Positions 1 through 9,684 of a stretch of DNA of 64,000 nt are shown here, one piece after another (within the stretch, counting starts at the first letter, position 1; each line of letters opens with the position of its first letter). Below the pieces are notes generated by a model. That model was not told where the DNA came from and did not search any database. It was given only the letters and a program-made list of their open reading frames with translations. Made by a program: the position numbers and the translations under genes. The stretch is from a bacterium. GTDB taxonomy: Bacteria; UBA8248; JACPRG01; G963555815. The DNA lies in assembly GCA_965218795.1 (NCBI GenBank), contig OZ244653.1, forward strand, positions 1,536,001 through 1,600,000, in the 5' to 3' direction.

Positions 1-201
1 CATATGTATGTTACACATACGGAAAACACGTATATGTTTATAACATATTGATTTTATTGTCATAATATTTTTATATCTTGGTGATAAATAATACCTCTGT
101 CTCAAGCAATGAGACTCGTTGCAAATCCGAAGCGGGGGTTTGGCCTCAAATTTCAAATGACCTGGCGGCACGATAGCTGCCGATGGGTCTTGCAGGGCCG
201 A

Positions 202-230
202 TTGACAGGTCCGTCTCGCACCGCTATACT
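202..230 (+). promoter_or_regulatory. sigma70-type promoter for ferredoxin gene
   Basis: TTGACA (202-207), 17-bp spacer, TATACT (225-230). Confidence 0.75.
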
Positions 231-304
231 TCAATCAGCATAGCGGTGCGAGGGTTGAGAGCGCCTCAGGAGGGCGAATCCTCCAATCCGCTTTGAAATC
301 TTGA

Positions 305-628
<324 letters not shown>

Positions 629-643
629 TTCGCCCCAAACGCG

Positions 644-679
644 AAAAGCCTCCCGCCCTTTTGGATGGGAGGCTTTTTT
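644..679 (+). terminator. Rho-independent (possibly bidirectional) terminator
   Basis: AAAAGCCTCCC-loop-GGGAGGCTTTTTT just after ferredoxin stop. Confidence 0.85.
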
Positions 680-1000
680 GTACCGAGAGACAAATCCGCA
701 GACGCCGGCGAGGCGCGCCGAACGCGGGAAGGGGGCTCCGCGGGTTTCACGAATTCGGGAATCGGACGAAGGAAAAACGGGCGATGGGTGCATCGTCACC
801 CTACAGGCCGCGCGAAAGGACATCGTCCCAAGCGCGGCGAAATCGAGGCGGCGCGCTGCCGCCTGTTTGTGACCTCGGGTAGGGTCGATGCGGAAATCGC
901 GGCGGGGCCAGCCCCGCTCGCCCGAGGGCTTCGGCTCGGATTCGGGACTGCAACCGGGATTCCACCTGCTCCCGAAGGCAAGGGATTTCAACCATTCCGC

Positions 1001-1060
1001 TTGACGGTCGTGATCGCTCTGATACAATAAAATTGATTTTTTTACAGATGAATCTCTGTA
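1001..1060 (+). promoter_or_regulatory. putative promoter plus palindromic operator of the catabolic operon
   Basis: TTGACG (1001-1006), 16 bp, TGa-TACAAT (extended -10, 1023-1028); palindrome TACAGA-N6-TCTGTA at 1043-1060. Confidence 0.55.
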
Positions 1061-1167
1061 GCTCCCTCTCCAAAACTACCCTTGCGCTCGGTTCTGTACG
1101 GGGGAAGGGTGGACTCTTAGCCGGGAGAGGACGTTCAAACTCCACCACTTGATTCGGAGGGTTTTCC

Positions 1168-2202
1168 ATGAAGAAGCTGTCCATACTCACCTTTTTGTTG
1201 GCCGGCATCATGGCCTTGTCGGCATGGGCCGAGGCCAGAGACATCAAGATGGCCTACATTCCCTGCGGCCGGGTGAACGACAAGTCCTGGAGCGAGGCGG
1301 GCTACATCGGGGCCAAGCAGGGGAAGGCATACTTCGAGTCCAAGGGGCACAAGGTCAAGCTGGACTACACCGAGAGCGTCCCGGTGGCCAAGGTCGAGGC
1401 GGCGGCCCGCGATTACGCCTCCCGCGGCTACAGCCCCATCATCCTTCACTGCGGCACCTTCGTCGAAGCCACCCTGCGCGCGGCCAAGGACCATCCCAAC
1501 ACCTGGTTCCTCCAGGCCGCGGCGACCAAGTCGGCCAAGAACGTGGCCGTCTACGATCCGGCTCAGAATGAAGGCCCGTTCGTGGCGGGATACCTGGCCG
1601 GACTGATGAGCAAGACCGGACGCGTCGGAGCCATCGGCGGGTTCAACTGGCCCATCCTGGCCCGCCAGGTCGAAGGGTTCCGCTTCGGCGCGCGGTACGC
1701 CAACCCCAACATCAAGGCGTTCCATACCTACATCAACAGCTGGGAGGACGCCGCCAAGGCCAAGGAGGCCGCCTTGGCACAGATCGACAGCGGCGCGGAC
1801 GTCATCTTCGCGGCTACGGACCAGGCCGCGCGGGGGGCCTTCAGCGCCGCCAAGGCCCGCAAGGTCTACGCCATCGCCAGCTATGCCCCCCAGCACTCCC
1901 TGGCGCCCGACACGATCCTCACCAGCGTCCTGTACGACCTGCCGCTGTTGATCAAGAAGATGGTCATCAAAATGGACGACGGCAGTCTGAAGGGCGTCGT
2001 CTATTCGATGGGAATGTCCGAGGGGATCGGAACCTTCGCCCGGAACCCCAAGATGGACAAGGTGATACCGGCTGATGTCAGGGCAAAAGTGAAAAAGCTC
2101 GAGGAAGCCGTCAAGAGCGGCAAGCTCAAGATCCCCGAATACGGCAAGCCCGGTGAATCCGACAAGCACGACCCCCGCAAGGTCGTCGGAGGGATGATGT
2201 AG
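1168..2202 (+). CDS. BMP-family (nucleoside-type) ABC transporter substrate-binding protein
   Basis: Signal peptide MKKLSILTFLLAGIMALSAWA; NDKSWSEAGY, FVAGYLAGLMSKTGRVGAIGG, AKAKEAALAQIDSGADVIF motifs; GGAGG RBS. Confidence 0.9.
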   Translation: MKKLSILTFLLAGIMALSAWAEARDIKMAYIPCGRVNDKSWSEAGYIGAKQGKAYFESKGHKVKLDYTESVPVAKVEAAARDYASRGYSPIILHCGTFVEATLRAAKDHPNTWFLQAAATKSAKNVAVYDPAQNEGPFVAGYLAGLMSKTGRVGAIGGFNWPILARQVEGFRFGARYANPNIKAFHTYINSWEDAAKAKEAALAQIDSGADVIFAATDQAARGAFSAAKARKVYAIASYAPQHSLAPDTILTSVLYDLPLLIKKMVIKMDDGSLKGVVYSMGMSEGIGTFARNPKMDKVIPADVRAKVKKLEEAVKSGKLKIPEYGKPGESDKHDPRKVVGGMM

Positions 2203-2408
2203 CCGCGACCCGACGGATCTGGATCTCAGCAGGAGGCAGGCCGAAGAAGATTCACCGGATGTTCGGCGTCTTCAACGCCGGGGTTGGGCATCATGGGCGA
2301 TACCTTCGGCCCGGCCAACCCCGGCCTGCTTCTCTCCGTTCGACTCATCCTCCCTCTTCTGATCATTTCTTCAGAAGGGCTCAGTGAACGACCTTTGGAG
2401 GTGGAAAA

Positions 2409-3743
2409 TTGGCCAAGCGGGTTCGCAAATCCGTCGTACCCAAGGGACTGCCGATGCCCAAAATGAAATACTCCCCGGGCATTCATGCCGGACCTTGGCT
2501 GTTTCCGTCCGGGCAATTCGCCTCGGATTTCTCGGCCAACGGCGTGGCCCCGGAGGCGACGCGGGACCCGCAAAGCCCGGATCTCCAGCCCAGCGAGCTC
2601 CGGCTCCAAAGCCGTTACATCTGGAAGAACCTGAAGCGGGTCCTGGACGCTGGAGACTCCTCGCTGGATCACGTCGTGCGGATGGACCACTTTTTCGTCC
2701 ACCGGGACTTCGAGGACGCGGTCATCCCATCCATCGACGAGTACCTCCTCGTCCGCGACGAGTTCTTCCCGGACCCGGACACCCGTCCCACCGCGAACTC
2801 CATGAGTTGCAGCAATCTGTTGTGCAAGCCCGGAATCCTCGAGATTGACTTCGTGGCCGTGACGAAGAAGAGCAAGTGGGTCAAGGAGACCATCCAGTCC
2901 AGCCGGGTGGCGGGCCCGCCCGAGGGCCACAGCCACGCCGTTCGCGTGGGGCCCTACGTCTTCTGCTCCTCGGCCCTCGCCAGTGATTTGGTGCACGGCG
3001 TCGATCCGGCGACCGCGGCCAGCAAGAACATATGGTGCGGGAACGATCTGGAGAACCAGACGCGCTCGATCCTCGACCAACTGGCTCTCATCCTCGAAGA
3101 TGCGGGGTCGGCTCTGGATCTGACCGCCAAGGCCCAGGTGTACCTGACGCCGGAAGGCATGAACGACGTCTACCGCTTTGATGAGGTGTGGCGGGAGCAC
3201 TTCCCCAAGAATCCTCCGGCCCGGACCCTCATCCCGGTCGACAGCCTCGGAGTCAAGGGTTGCGCGGTCGCGATCAGCCTCGTCGCCGTCACCGCGGACA
3301 GCGGCATCAAGCTGGAGACGGTGAACGCGCGGGGGGTTCCCAAATGGCCCCTGCATGAACCCCACGCCATGAAGGCGGGGAATCTCGTCTTTCTGTCCAG
3401 CACCCTCGCCACGGACAACAAAGGGTGCTTCCCCAGCGAGCTCAGGCTCAACCCGAACTGGCCCTGGTACGAGAAATACGAAAAACCCATCATCCAACAG
3501 ATGGAGTACATCCTGGGCAATGCCGAGAAGGTCATCCAGGCCGGCGGCGGCTCAGGCCACGACAACGTCGTCCGCCGCCAGTGCTTTCATACCGACTATG
3601 ACGAATTCATCCTGACCTGGGAGGTCTGGAGGTCCAAGTATCCCCACGCCCCCCCGGCCAGCACGACGATTGAGGAAGCCAACTGCCCCCTGCCCGTTTC
3701 CGGGGCCACCATGATGCTCGACCTTTGGGCGTACGTTCCCTAG
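2409..3743 (+). CDS. Rid (YjgF/YER057c/UK114) family protein with three tandem domains
   Basis: Three repeats of the Rid N-terminal motif (KYSPGIHAGPWLFPSGQ; HSHAVRVGPYVFCSS; EPHAMKAGNLVFLSS), each followed by Q..IL.NL..L..AG and P(A/T)x motifs. Confidence 0.85.
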   Translation: MAKRVRKSVVPKGLPMPKMKYSPGIHAGPWLFPSGQFASDFSANGVAPEATRDPQSPDLQPSELRLQSRYIWKNLKRVLDAGDSSLDHVVRMDHFFVHRDFEDAVIPSIDEYLLVRDEFFPDPDTRPTANSMSCSNLLCKPGILEIDFVAVTKKSKWVKETIQSSRVAGPPEGHSHAVRVGPYVFCSSALASDLVHGVDPATAASKNIWCGNDLENQTRSILDQLALILEDAGSALDLTAKAQVYLTPEGMNDVYRFDEVWREHFPKNPPARTLIPVDSLGVKGCAVAISLVAVTADSGIKLETVNARGVPKWPLHEPHAMKAGNLVFLSSTLATDNKGCFPSELRLNPNWPWYEKYEKPIIQQMEYILGNAEKVIQAGGGSGHDNVVRRQCFHTDYDEFILTWEVWRSKYPHAPPASTTIEEANCPLPVSGATMMLDLWAYVP

Positions 3744-3796
3744 AACTTTGACCGGTCAGGGATGAATGCCCGGTAGAGGGCGGGGGCCCTGCGCGC

Positions 3797-4420
3797 ATGA
3801 ACCGCACGGATGCCGGAAGAAAAATCGTGTTCGAACATCGCCTCCCCGCGCGGACGGGGACCGCCCTCGAGGTTCGCAAGGGCCAGGTCTTCCGGGTGAT
3901 CGACGTCGAGGGCCAGCAGGTGGGGGACTTCGTCTGCTTCAGGCTGGATGACCCTATGCAATATTTCTCTCAGTCCCAGACGCGGAAGATCAACCGCTCC
4001 ATCCTGCTCTCCACCGGCGGCAGGCTCTGCTCCAACCTCTGCGACACGATGTTCACCATCGGAGAGGACAAGGTCGGCCGGCACGACATCCTCTACTCGC
4101 CCTGCGGCCCCCACGATTACCGGATTCTCTACGATGCCCCCGATCACCCTAGCTGCCGGGAAAACCTGAATCAGGCCCTGGCCCATTACGGGATTCAGCC
4201 GCACCAGCTGCCGCCGGTCTTCAACATCTTCATGAACACCTCCATCGGGTCCGACGGCGAGTTGATCTGCCTTGAGCCGACTTCCAAGCCGGGCGATTAC
4301 GTCGATCTGCATGCCGAGACAGACTGTCTGGTCGCAATCTCCGCCTGCCCCCAGGACCTGACGCCGTGCAACGCGGGCCGACCGACCGACTTGATATTGG
4401 AGGTATGGGAGCCCGAATGA
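3797..4420 (+). CDS. DUF1989 / urea carboxylase-associated family protein
   Basis: EVRKGQVFRVIDVEGQQVGDF, HDILYSPC, SCRENL, FNIFMN, GDYVDLHAETDCLVAISACPQD. Confidence 0.88.
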   Translation: MNRTDAGRKIVFEHRLPARTGTALEVRKGQVFRVIDVEGQQVGDFVCFRLDDPMQYFSQSQTRKINRSILLSTGGRLCSNLCDTMFTIGEDKVGRHDILYSPCGPHDYRILYDAPDHPSCRENLNQALAHYGIQPHQLPPVFNIFMNTSIGSDGELICLEPTSKPGDYVDLHAETDCLVAISACPQDLTPCNAGRPTDLILEVWEPE

Positions 4421-4476
4421 GTTGCAGGTCTTAGGGGGCCGACCCCCTCACCAATGGATCTTGAAGGAGGAAACCC

Positions 4477-4638
4477 GTGTCGAAACCCAAGAAGGTCACA
4501 ATTCAGGTCAACGGTCAGCAATACAAACTGATCAAAGAATTGCGGGAAAAAGGGGAGTACGGCAAAACCGACGGAGAAGTCGTGCGCGCGGCCTTCAACG
4601 AATGGGGCAAGAAGAAGCGGCTGGCCCGCCCCTCGTAA
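4477..4638 (+). CDS. small ribbon-helix-helix (CopG/Arc/MetJ-like) protein, 53 aa, absent from ORF track
   Basis: AAGGAGG RBS then GTG; MSKPKKVTIQVNGQQYKLIKELREKGEYGKTDGEVVRAAFNEWGKKKRLARPS: alternating beta strand, helix, G-x-T/S turn, helix. Confidence 0.75.
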   Translation: MSKPKKVTIQVNGQQYKLIKELREKGEYGKTDGEVVRAAFNEWGKKKRLARPS

Positions 4639-4729
4639 GATCGGCGGAGCCGGAGCCTCCGCCCGTCCCCTCCATCGGCCGAAGAACCCAAGCTCTCCGC
4701 TCTCTATCCCAACGGAAAGGTCATCAGTC

Positions 4730-5674
4730 ATGAGTGAACGCAAGCTGGTAGACGAGTACACAATGGATCCGACCACGGGACGCGGAGTGCCCGTCAAGCG
4801 CGGTCAGGTCCTACGCATCGAGCAGGTCGGGAAAGGCCAGTGTCTCGACTTCAACGCCTACAACCTCAACGACTACAAGGAACAGTTCCATTGCGGCCGG
4901 ACCCGTCACATGCACGGCCTGAACCCCACCAAGGGCGACCATTTGTGGTCCGCCCCACCGCGCGACCGGATCATGTTTTCCATCATCGAGGACACCGTGG
5001 GCACCAATGACGTGAACTATCCCCGGTGCAGTGCCTTTCTCTACGAGTACCAGTTCGGATACGACGGCTACCCCGCCCACAGCAACTGTCACGACATCTT
5101 CGCCGAGACCATCCGGGAATGGGGCCTGACGCCGGACGACGTTCACGATTCCTTCAACGGGTGGATGCACACCGGCGTGCGGGATAACGGTCAATTGTTC
5201 ATCGATCGGATGCTGGCCCGGGAAGGGGACTACATCGAGCTCCTGTCGCAGATCGACAACCTCGCGGTGCCCATCTGCTGCGGGGCGGACGTGTTCGCGA
5301 CGAGCAACTACGAGCTGAAGGGCCTGAAGGTCCAAATCTTCGACGGCAGCGACGAGGACCAAGAGAAACTGGTCGATCAGAATTACGATCACCAGCGGGC
5401 CGTCGATCAATTTACCGTACAAAAGATCAAAGCGGAGCGTGAGTTGAGCGTCGCCCCGGATTACGTGGCCCAGTGGCCCTGGCTGGAAGCAGTCAAGGAG
5501 CGGATCCCCGTGGAGGTCGAGCTGGACGCGCGGGAGGCTCGGCTGCTCGAGGAACTGAAAGGCGATCCTGATTTCTTCGATTTTTCCGATGAAGAGATTG
5601 TGCGTTTTTGCTTCTACCGGTGGTGGGCGGAGAAGTACATGAGGGGACCGAAGCAGCTCAAAACCCTGGGCTGA
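4730..5674 (+). CDS. DUF1989 family protein with C-terminal RHH-like extension
   Basis: VKRGQVLRIEQVGKGQCLDFN, PRCS, HSNCHDIF, DDVHDSFN, GDYIELL; tail IPVEVELDAREARLLEELKG...SDEEIVRFCFYRWW. Confidence 0.85.
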   Translation: MSERKLVDEYTMDPTTGRGVPVKRGQVLRIEQVGKGQCLDFNAYNLNDYKEQFHCGRTRHMHGLNPTKGDHLWSAPPRDRIMFSIIEDTVGTNDVNYPRCSAFLYEYQFGYDGYPAHSNCHDIFAETIREWGLTPDDVHDSFNGWMHTGVRDNGQLFIDRMLAREGDYIELLSQIDNLAVPICCGADVFATSNYELKGLKVQIFDGSDEDQEKLVDQNYDHQRAVDQFTVQKIKAERELSVAPDYVAQWPWLEAVKERIPVEVELDAREARLLEELKGDPDFFDFSDEEIVRFCFYRWWAEKYMRGPKQLKTLG

Positions 5675-5743
5675 GCCGGTTGACCGCGTCCCCGGAGAGC
5701 GTGCCGGGCGTCCCGGAGGGCGGTCTCATTTTGGGAAATCCAC

Positions 5744-5780
5744 AACATCGAGCAGGGGCTGCCCGTCCCTGCTCGATGTT
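5744..5780. repeat. 14-bp perfect inverted repeat (hairpin) between DUF1989 and azlC
   Basis: AACATCGAGCAGGG-9 nt-CCCTGCTCGATGTT. Confidence 0.7.
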
Positions 5781-5984
5781 CGTCGGACCGCTTGCCGGGG
5801 GCAGGCACGGCCTGCACGGACATTTGCCGCGCACATGAGCTTTCGATATTCGATGCACCCGTCAAGCCCGGCGGCGACGCCTCCAAAATGCCCCCTACTC
5901 GAACCTCCAAAAACCGGGGAACACGGAGCCCCCGGCGGCTCATGACCGGCCCGGAATCACCGGGCGGGAGGGAATCCGAAACCC

Positions 5985-6692
5985 ATGAGCGAAGCGCGCT
6001 CCCAATTTCAGCGGGGCCTCAAAGACATCCTGCCCGTTGTCATCGGGCTTACAGTCATTGGGTTTTTCTTTGGCGTATCGGCGCGGACGGCCGGTCTCAG
6101 TTGGGCGGAGACGGGCTTGATGTCCGCCCTGGTCTACGCGGGACCCTCTCAATTCGTTGCCATCGGCCTCCTCCAGCAGGGATCGACCTATTCGTCGATC
6201 GTGTTGACCACCTTCATCGTCAATCTCCGGTACGTTCTGTACGCCTCCTCGCTGGGGCAACATTTCAAGGACAAGTCGCCCGGCTGGCTTTCCCTGATTG
6301 GTTTCGGGCTGGTGGATGCGGCCTACGCGGTCTCCATCGCAGAGTGCGTCCGGAATCCGGACCGCCCGCGGAAAGACATGTACTACCTCGGGACATCCGC
6401 CTTGATTTACTTCACCTGGATTCCGGCGAGCATCGTGGGGGGGATTGTGATCACCGCACTCCCGGGGATCCGGAACCTGGGTCTCGAATTCATCAATCCG
6501 GCCGTGTACATCGCCCTCTTGATCTCTCTTATGAAGAACTGGATCGAAGTCATGACGGCCATCCTTGCAATCCCCGTGTTGATCTTGATCTCATCGCTTC
6601 TTCCGCACGTTCACGCCGTTCTTGTCACAATGATTCTGGTCATTCTCGCAGGAGGGTCTATCAGGTGGTTGCGCCAGCCGTCTTCGGACTGA
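5985..6692 (+). CDS. azlC: AzlC-family branched-chain amino acid exporter permease
   Basis: GLKDILPVVIG, MSALVYAGPSQF, IVNLRYVLY motifs; multiple TM segments. Confidence 0.9.
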   Translation: MSEARSQFQRGLKDILPVVIGLTVIGFFFGVSARTAGLSWAETGLMSALVYAGPSQFVAIGLLQQGSTYSSIVLTTFIVNLRYVLYASSLGQHFKDKSPGWLSLIGFGLVDAAYAVSIAECVRNPDRPRKDMYYLGTSALIYFTWIPASIVGGIVITALPGIRNLGLEFINPAVYIALLISLMKNWIEVMTAILAIPVLILISSLLPHVHAVLVTMILVILAGGSIRWLRQPSSD

Positions 6693-6991
6693 TCCTCGGT
6701 ATGGCGGTGGTCACGCACCTGACCCGGGGACCCGTTTTGGCCCTGGCCGGCCGCCTTCGTCTTCCGGCCTACCTCCGTCATTGCCTGGAGGTTGCGCCCA
6801 GTGCCGCCATGGCCACGCTGACCGTATCGTTCGTCGTCTACCCCGGGGGAGATTTTGCCGGCGTCGGGTCCAACCCTGCCGTGTACGCGGCCTTGGTGAC
6901 GCTCGGCGCGGCCTATTACCTGCGGAGCATCGTTTGGGTGGCCCCCGTGGGCGTGCTGGCACTCAATCTTTTCCGGTGGCTTCTCGGTTGA
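6665..6991 (+). CDS. azlD: AzlD-family exporter small subunit
   Basis: GGAGG RBS then GTG 6665 overlapping azlC end; ILGMAVVTHLTR...LRHCLEVAPSAAMATL. Confidence 0.8.
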   Translation: MVAPAVFGLILGMAVVTHLTRGPVLALAGRLRLPAYLRHCLEVAPSAAMATLTVSFVVYPGGDFAGVGSNPAVYAALVTLGAAYYLRSIVWVAPVGVLALNLFRWLLG

Positions 6992-7057
6992 GAGGTTCTC
7001 GACGGCCCCGCCGCGGTTGGATGTGGGGTAGAATACCGCTCCGGCGGATTTGAAAGG

Positions 7058-8593
7058 ATGTCGATGAAGCCCGTCCTGCGGATGGAAGGCATCACCAAAG
7101 CGTATCCCGGCGTCGTCGCCAATGATACGGTTTCGCTCGAGTTGAACCAGGGAGAAATCCTGGCGCTTCTCGGTGAGAACGGAGCGGGAAAAAGCACCCT
7201 GATGAAGATCCTCTACGGGTTGGAGATCCCCGACGGAGGACGGATCGATCTTCGCGGCGAAAGCCTTCATCTGGAATCCCCGAAGGACGCGATCCGCGCG
7301 GGGATCGGGATGGTCCATCAGCATTTCATGCTGGTTCCCACCCTGACGGTAGTGGAAAACATTGCGCTGGGCCTCTCCTCGGGTCGGGAGCCCTTCACCA
7401 ATCTCAAAGCGGCGGAGGAGCGGATCCGCGAGATTTCATCTCAGTACCGGCTGGATGTCGAGCCTCGCTCGAAGGTCTGGCAGTTGTCCGTCGGCGAGCA
7501 GCAACGGGTCGAGATCATCAAGGCCATCTACCGCGGGACGGATATCCTGATTCTCGACGAGCCCACGGCGGTGCTGACCCCCCAGGAGGTCGCCAAGCTG
7601 TTCACCACTCTCCGCGCCCTGACCGACGAGGGCCACTCAGTGATCTTCATCTCCCACAAACTGGATGAGGTGATGGAGATCAGCCGGCGCGTCATGGTCA
7701 TGCGTCTGGGCAAGGCGGTGGGCACGGTGGCGGCGGCGGACACGAACGCCGAGGAGCTCGTCCGGATGATGGTCGGACGGGACGTCATGTTCCGTCTGGA
7801 TAAGAAGGAAAAGGTCCAGGGCGACATCATCCTGGAGGTGAAGGACCTGGAAGTGTCGGACGATCGGAACCTCCCCGCCGTCCGGGGAGTCGGGTTCCGG
7901 GTCCATGAAGGGGAGATCTACGGGATTGCCGGCGTGGACGGAAACGGGCAGCGGGAGCTCGTGGAGGCAATCACGGGCTTGAGGCGGGTCCAGGGCGGAA
8001 CCGTTTCCCTGATGGGCCGGGACGTCACCGGCGACTCTCCGAAACGTCTGCTCAAGATGGGTCTCGGCCACATCCCGGAAGACCGCCACAAAAGCGGCCT
8101 GATCCTGAGGTTCACCCTCGAGGAAAACGCCGTTCTCATCAACCATCACTTCCTGCCCTTTTCGCGCAACGGCATCCTCCAGCGGCAGGAGATCCGGAAT
8201 TTCATCGACGACGTGATTCAGACCTTCGACGTTCGCACCAGCGGGCGCGAGTTGCCCGCGAGCTCGCTTTCGGGGGGAAACCAGCAAAAGCTCGTCCTCG
8301 GTCGGGAGATATCGAGAAAGCCGAAGCTGATGGTGGCCGCCCAGCCCACGCGCGGACTGGACGTCGGGGCCATTGAATTCGTTCACAGCCAATTGTTGCG
8401 CCAGCGCGACGAGGGCGTCGCGATCCTTCTGATATCCGTCGAGCTGGAGGAGCTCTTCGCCCTGAGCGACACGATGGCCGTCATCTACAAAGGGGAATTC
8501 ATGGGGGAAACCCCCGCCGACCGGGTCTCCGTCGAAGAGGTGGGTTTCATGATGGCCGGCAAGCGAAGCGCTCTGGAGGCGAACGCGTCTTGA
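7058..8593 (+). CDS. ABC transporter ATP-binding protein (nucleoside/simple sugar type, two ABC domains)
   Basis: GENGAGKST, LSVGEQQRVEI, ILDEPTAVL, LSGGNQQK, QPTRGLD. Confidence 0.95.
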   Translation: MSMKPVLRMEGITKAYPGVVANDTVSLELNQGEILALLGENGAGKSTLMKILYGLEIPDGGRIDLRGESLHLESPKDAIRAGIGMVHQHFMLVPTLTVVENIALGLSSGREPFTNLKAAEERIREISSQYRLDVEPRSKVWQLSVGEQQRVEIIKAIYRGTDILILDEPTAVLTPQEVAKLFTTLRALTDEGHSVIFISHKLDEVMEISRRVMVMRLGKAVGTVAAADTNAEELVRMMVGRDVMFRLDKKEKVQGDIILEVKDLEVSDDRNLPAVRGVGFRVHEGEIYGIAGVDGNGQRELVEAITGLRRVQGGTVSLMGRDVTGDSPKRLLKMGLGHIPEDRHKSGLILRFTLEENAVLINHHFLPFSRNGILQRQEIRNFIDDVIQTFDVRTSGRELPASSLSGGNQQKLVLGREISRKPKLMVAAQPTRGLDVGAIEFVHSQLLRQRDEGVAILLISVELEELFALSDTMAVIYKGEFMGETPADRVSVEEVGFMMAGKRSALEANAS

Positions 8594-9660
8594 GCCTCCT
8601 GGACGGCACGAAAGCACTCATCCGGGGACAGCACGGGCACGGATTCTTCTCCCGATTCAGGGATTTCCTGATGGGTCTCGCCGCCCTGCTGGGCGCGTTT
8701 ATCGTCTGCGGGATCCTGCTCGCCTATTTCGGCGTCAATCCGCTGAAGGCCTACGGGCTGCTGTTCGCGGGCGCGTTCGGAACGGTGAACAATCTGGCTG
8801 AAACCCTGATCCAGGCCTCCCCGTTACTCCTGACCGGGTTGGGGGTCGCCATCTGCTTTCAGTGCGGGGTCTGGAACGTCGGCGCGGAGGGACAACTGTA
8901 TATCGGAGCCATCGCGACGGTCGGCCTCGGCGTCAATTTTCTGGGTCTTCCCACCTACCTGCTGCTCCCGGTCTGTATCGTCGGGGCGTTCATCGCGGGC
9001 GGTCTGTGGGGATTGCTCCCGGGATGGCTGAAGGTCCGGTTCGGGGCGAACGAGGTCATCGTGACCATCATGATGAACTACATCGCCATCATCTTCTCGA
9101 CGTACCTGATCAGCGGCCCCTGGGCCTCCGGGTTCACGCCCGTCACCAAATCCATCGATGACGCCGCGCGGCTGCCGATGCTCATTCAGGGAACCCGGCT
9201 GCACAGCGGGTTTATCCTCGGCTTGATCATGTCGGGGCTGTTGGCGTTTCTCATGTATCGGACCGTCTTCGGGTACCAGATCCGGGCGATCGGCAACAAC
9301 CCCAACGCGGCCCGGTACGCGGGCATCTCGGTCGGCAATCGGATGATGCTGACCCTGGCCATCGGCGGGGGCCTGGCCGGTCTCGCGGGACTGGGCGAGG
9401 TGGCCGGCATCCACGGGAACATGCCCGATCAGATCTCCCCGGGGTACGGTTTCATCGGCATCGTCGTCGCGCTCCTGGGCGGACTGCACCCAGTGTGGAT
9501 TATCTTCTCCTCCCTGTTTTTTTCCGCGCTTCTCGTGGGCGCCGAATCCATGCAGCGGGTGGTGGGGATACCAGTGGCGCTGGTTTGGGTGCTCCAGGGA
9601 TCGATCGTGATTTTCATCTTGGCCAGCCGTCTGTTGACCCAGTACACCTCCTCGTCATGA
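8590..9660 (+). CDS. ABC transporter permease (nucleoside type)
   Basis: WNVGAEGQLYIG, NEVIVTIMMNYIA, RAIGNNPNAARYAGI. Confidence 0.92.
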   Translation: MSLLDGTKALIRGQHGHGFFSRFRDFLMGLAALLGAFIVCGILLAYFGVNPLKAYGLLFAGAFGTVNNLAETLIQASPLLLTGLGVAICFQCGVWNVGAEGQLYIGAIATVGLGVNFLGLPTYLLLPVCIVGAFIAGGLWGLLPGWLKVRFGANEVIVTIMMNYIAIIFSTYLISGPWASGFTPVTKSIDDAARLPMLIQGTRLHSGFILGLIMSGLLAFLMYRTVFGYQIRAIGNNPNAARYAGISVGNRMMLTLAIGGGLAGLAGLGEVAGIHGNMPDQISPGYGFIGIVVALLGGLHPVWIIFSSLFFSALLVGAESMQRVVGIPVALVWVLQGSIVIFILASRLLTQYTSSS

Positions 9661-9684
9661 CGGGGAACTGAGGGAGCCGGGGTT

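Noticed and set aside
166-180. sigma54-like CGGCAC-N5-CTGC
   Set aside because: Two mismatches to consensus, and a near-perfect sigma70 promoter explains the gene.
860-1160. Guanidine (ykkC/mini-ykkC) riboswitch expected upstream of a DUF1989 operon
   Set aside because: No convincing ykkC core or paired ACGR-loop hairpins; only a loose GCCGGGAG resemblance.
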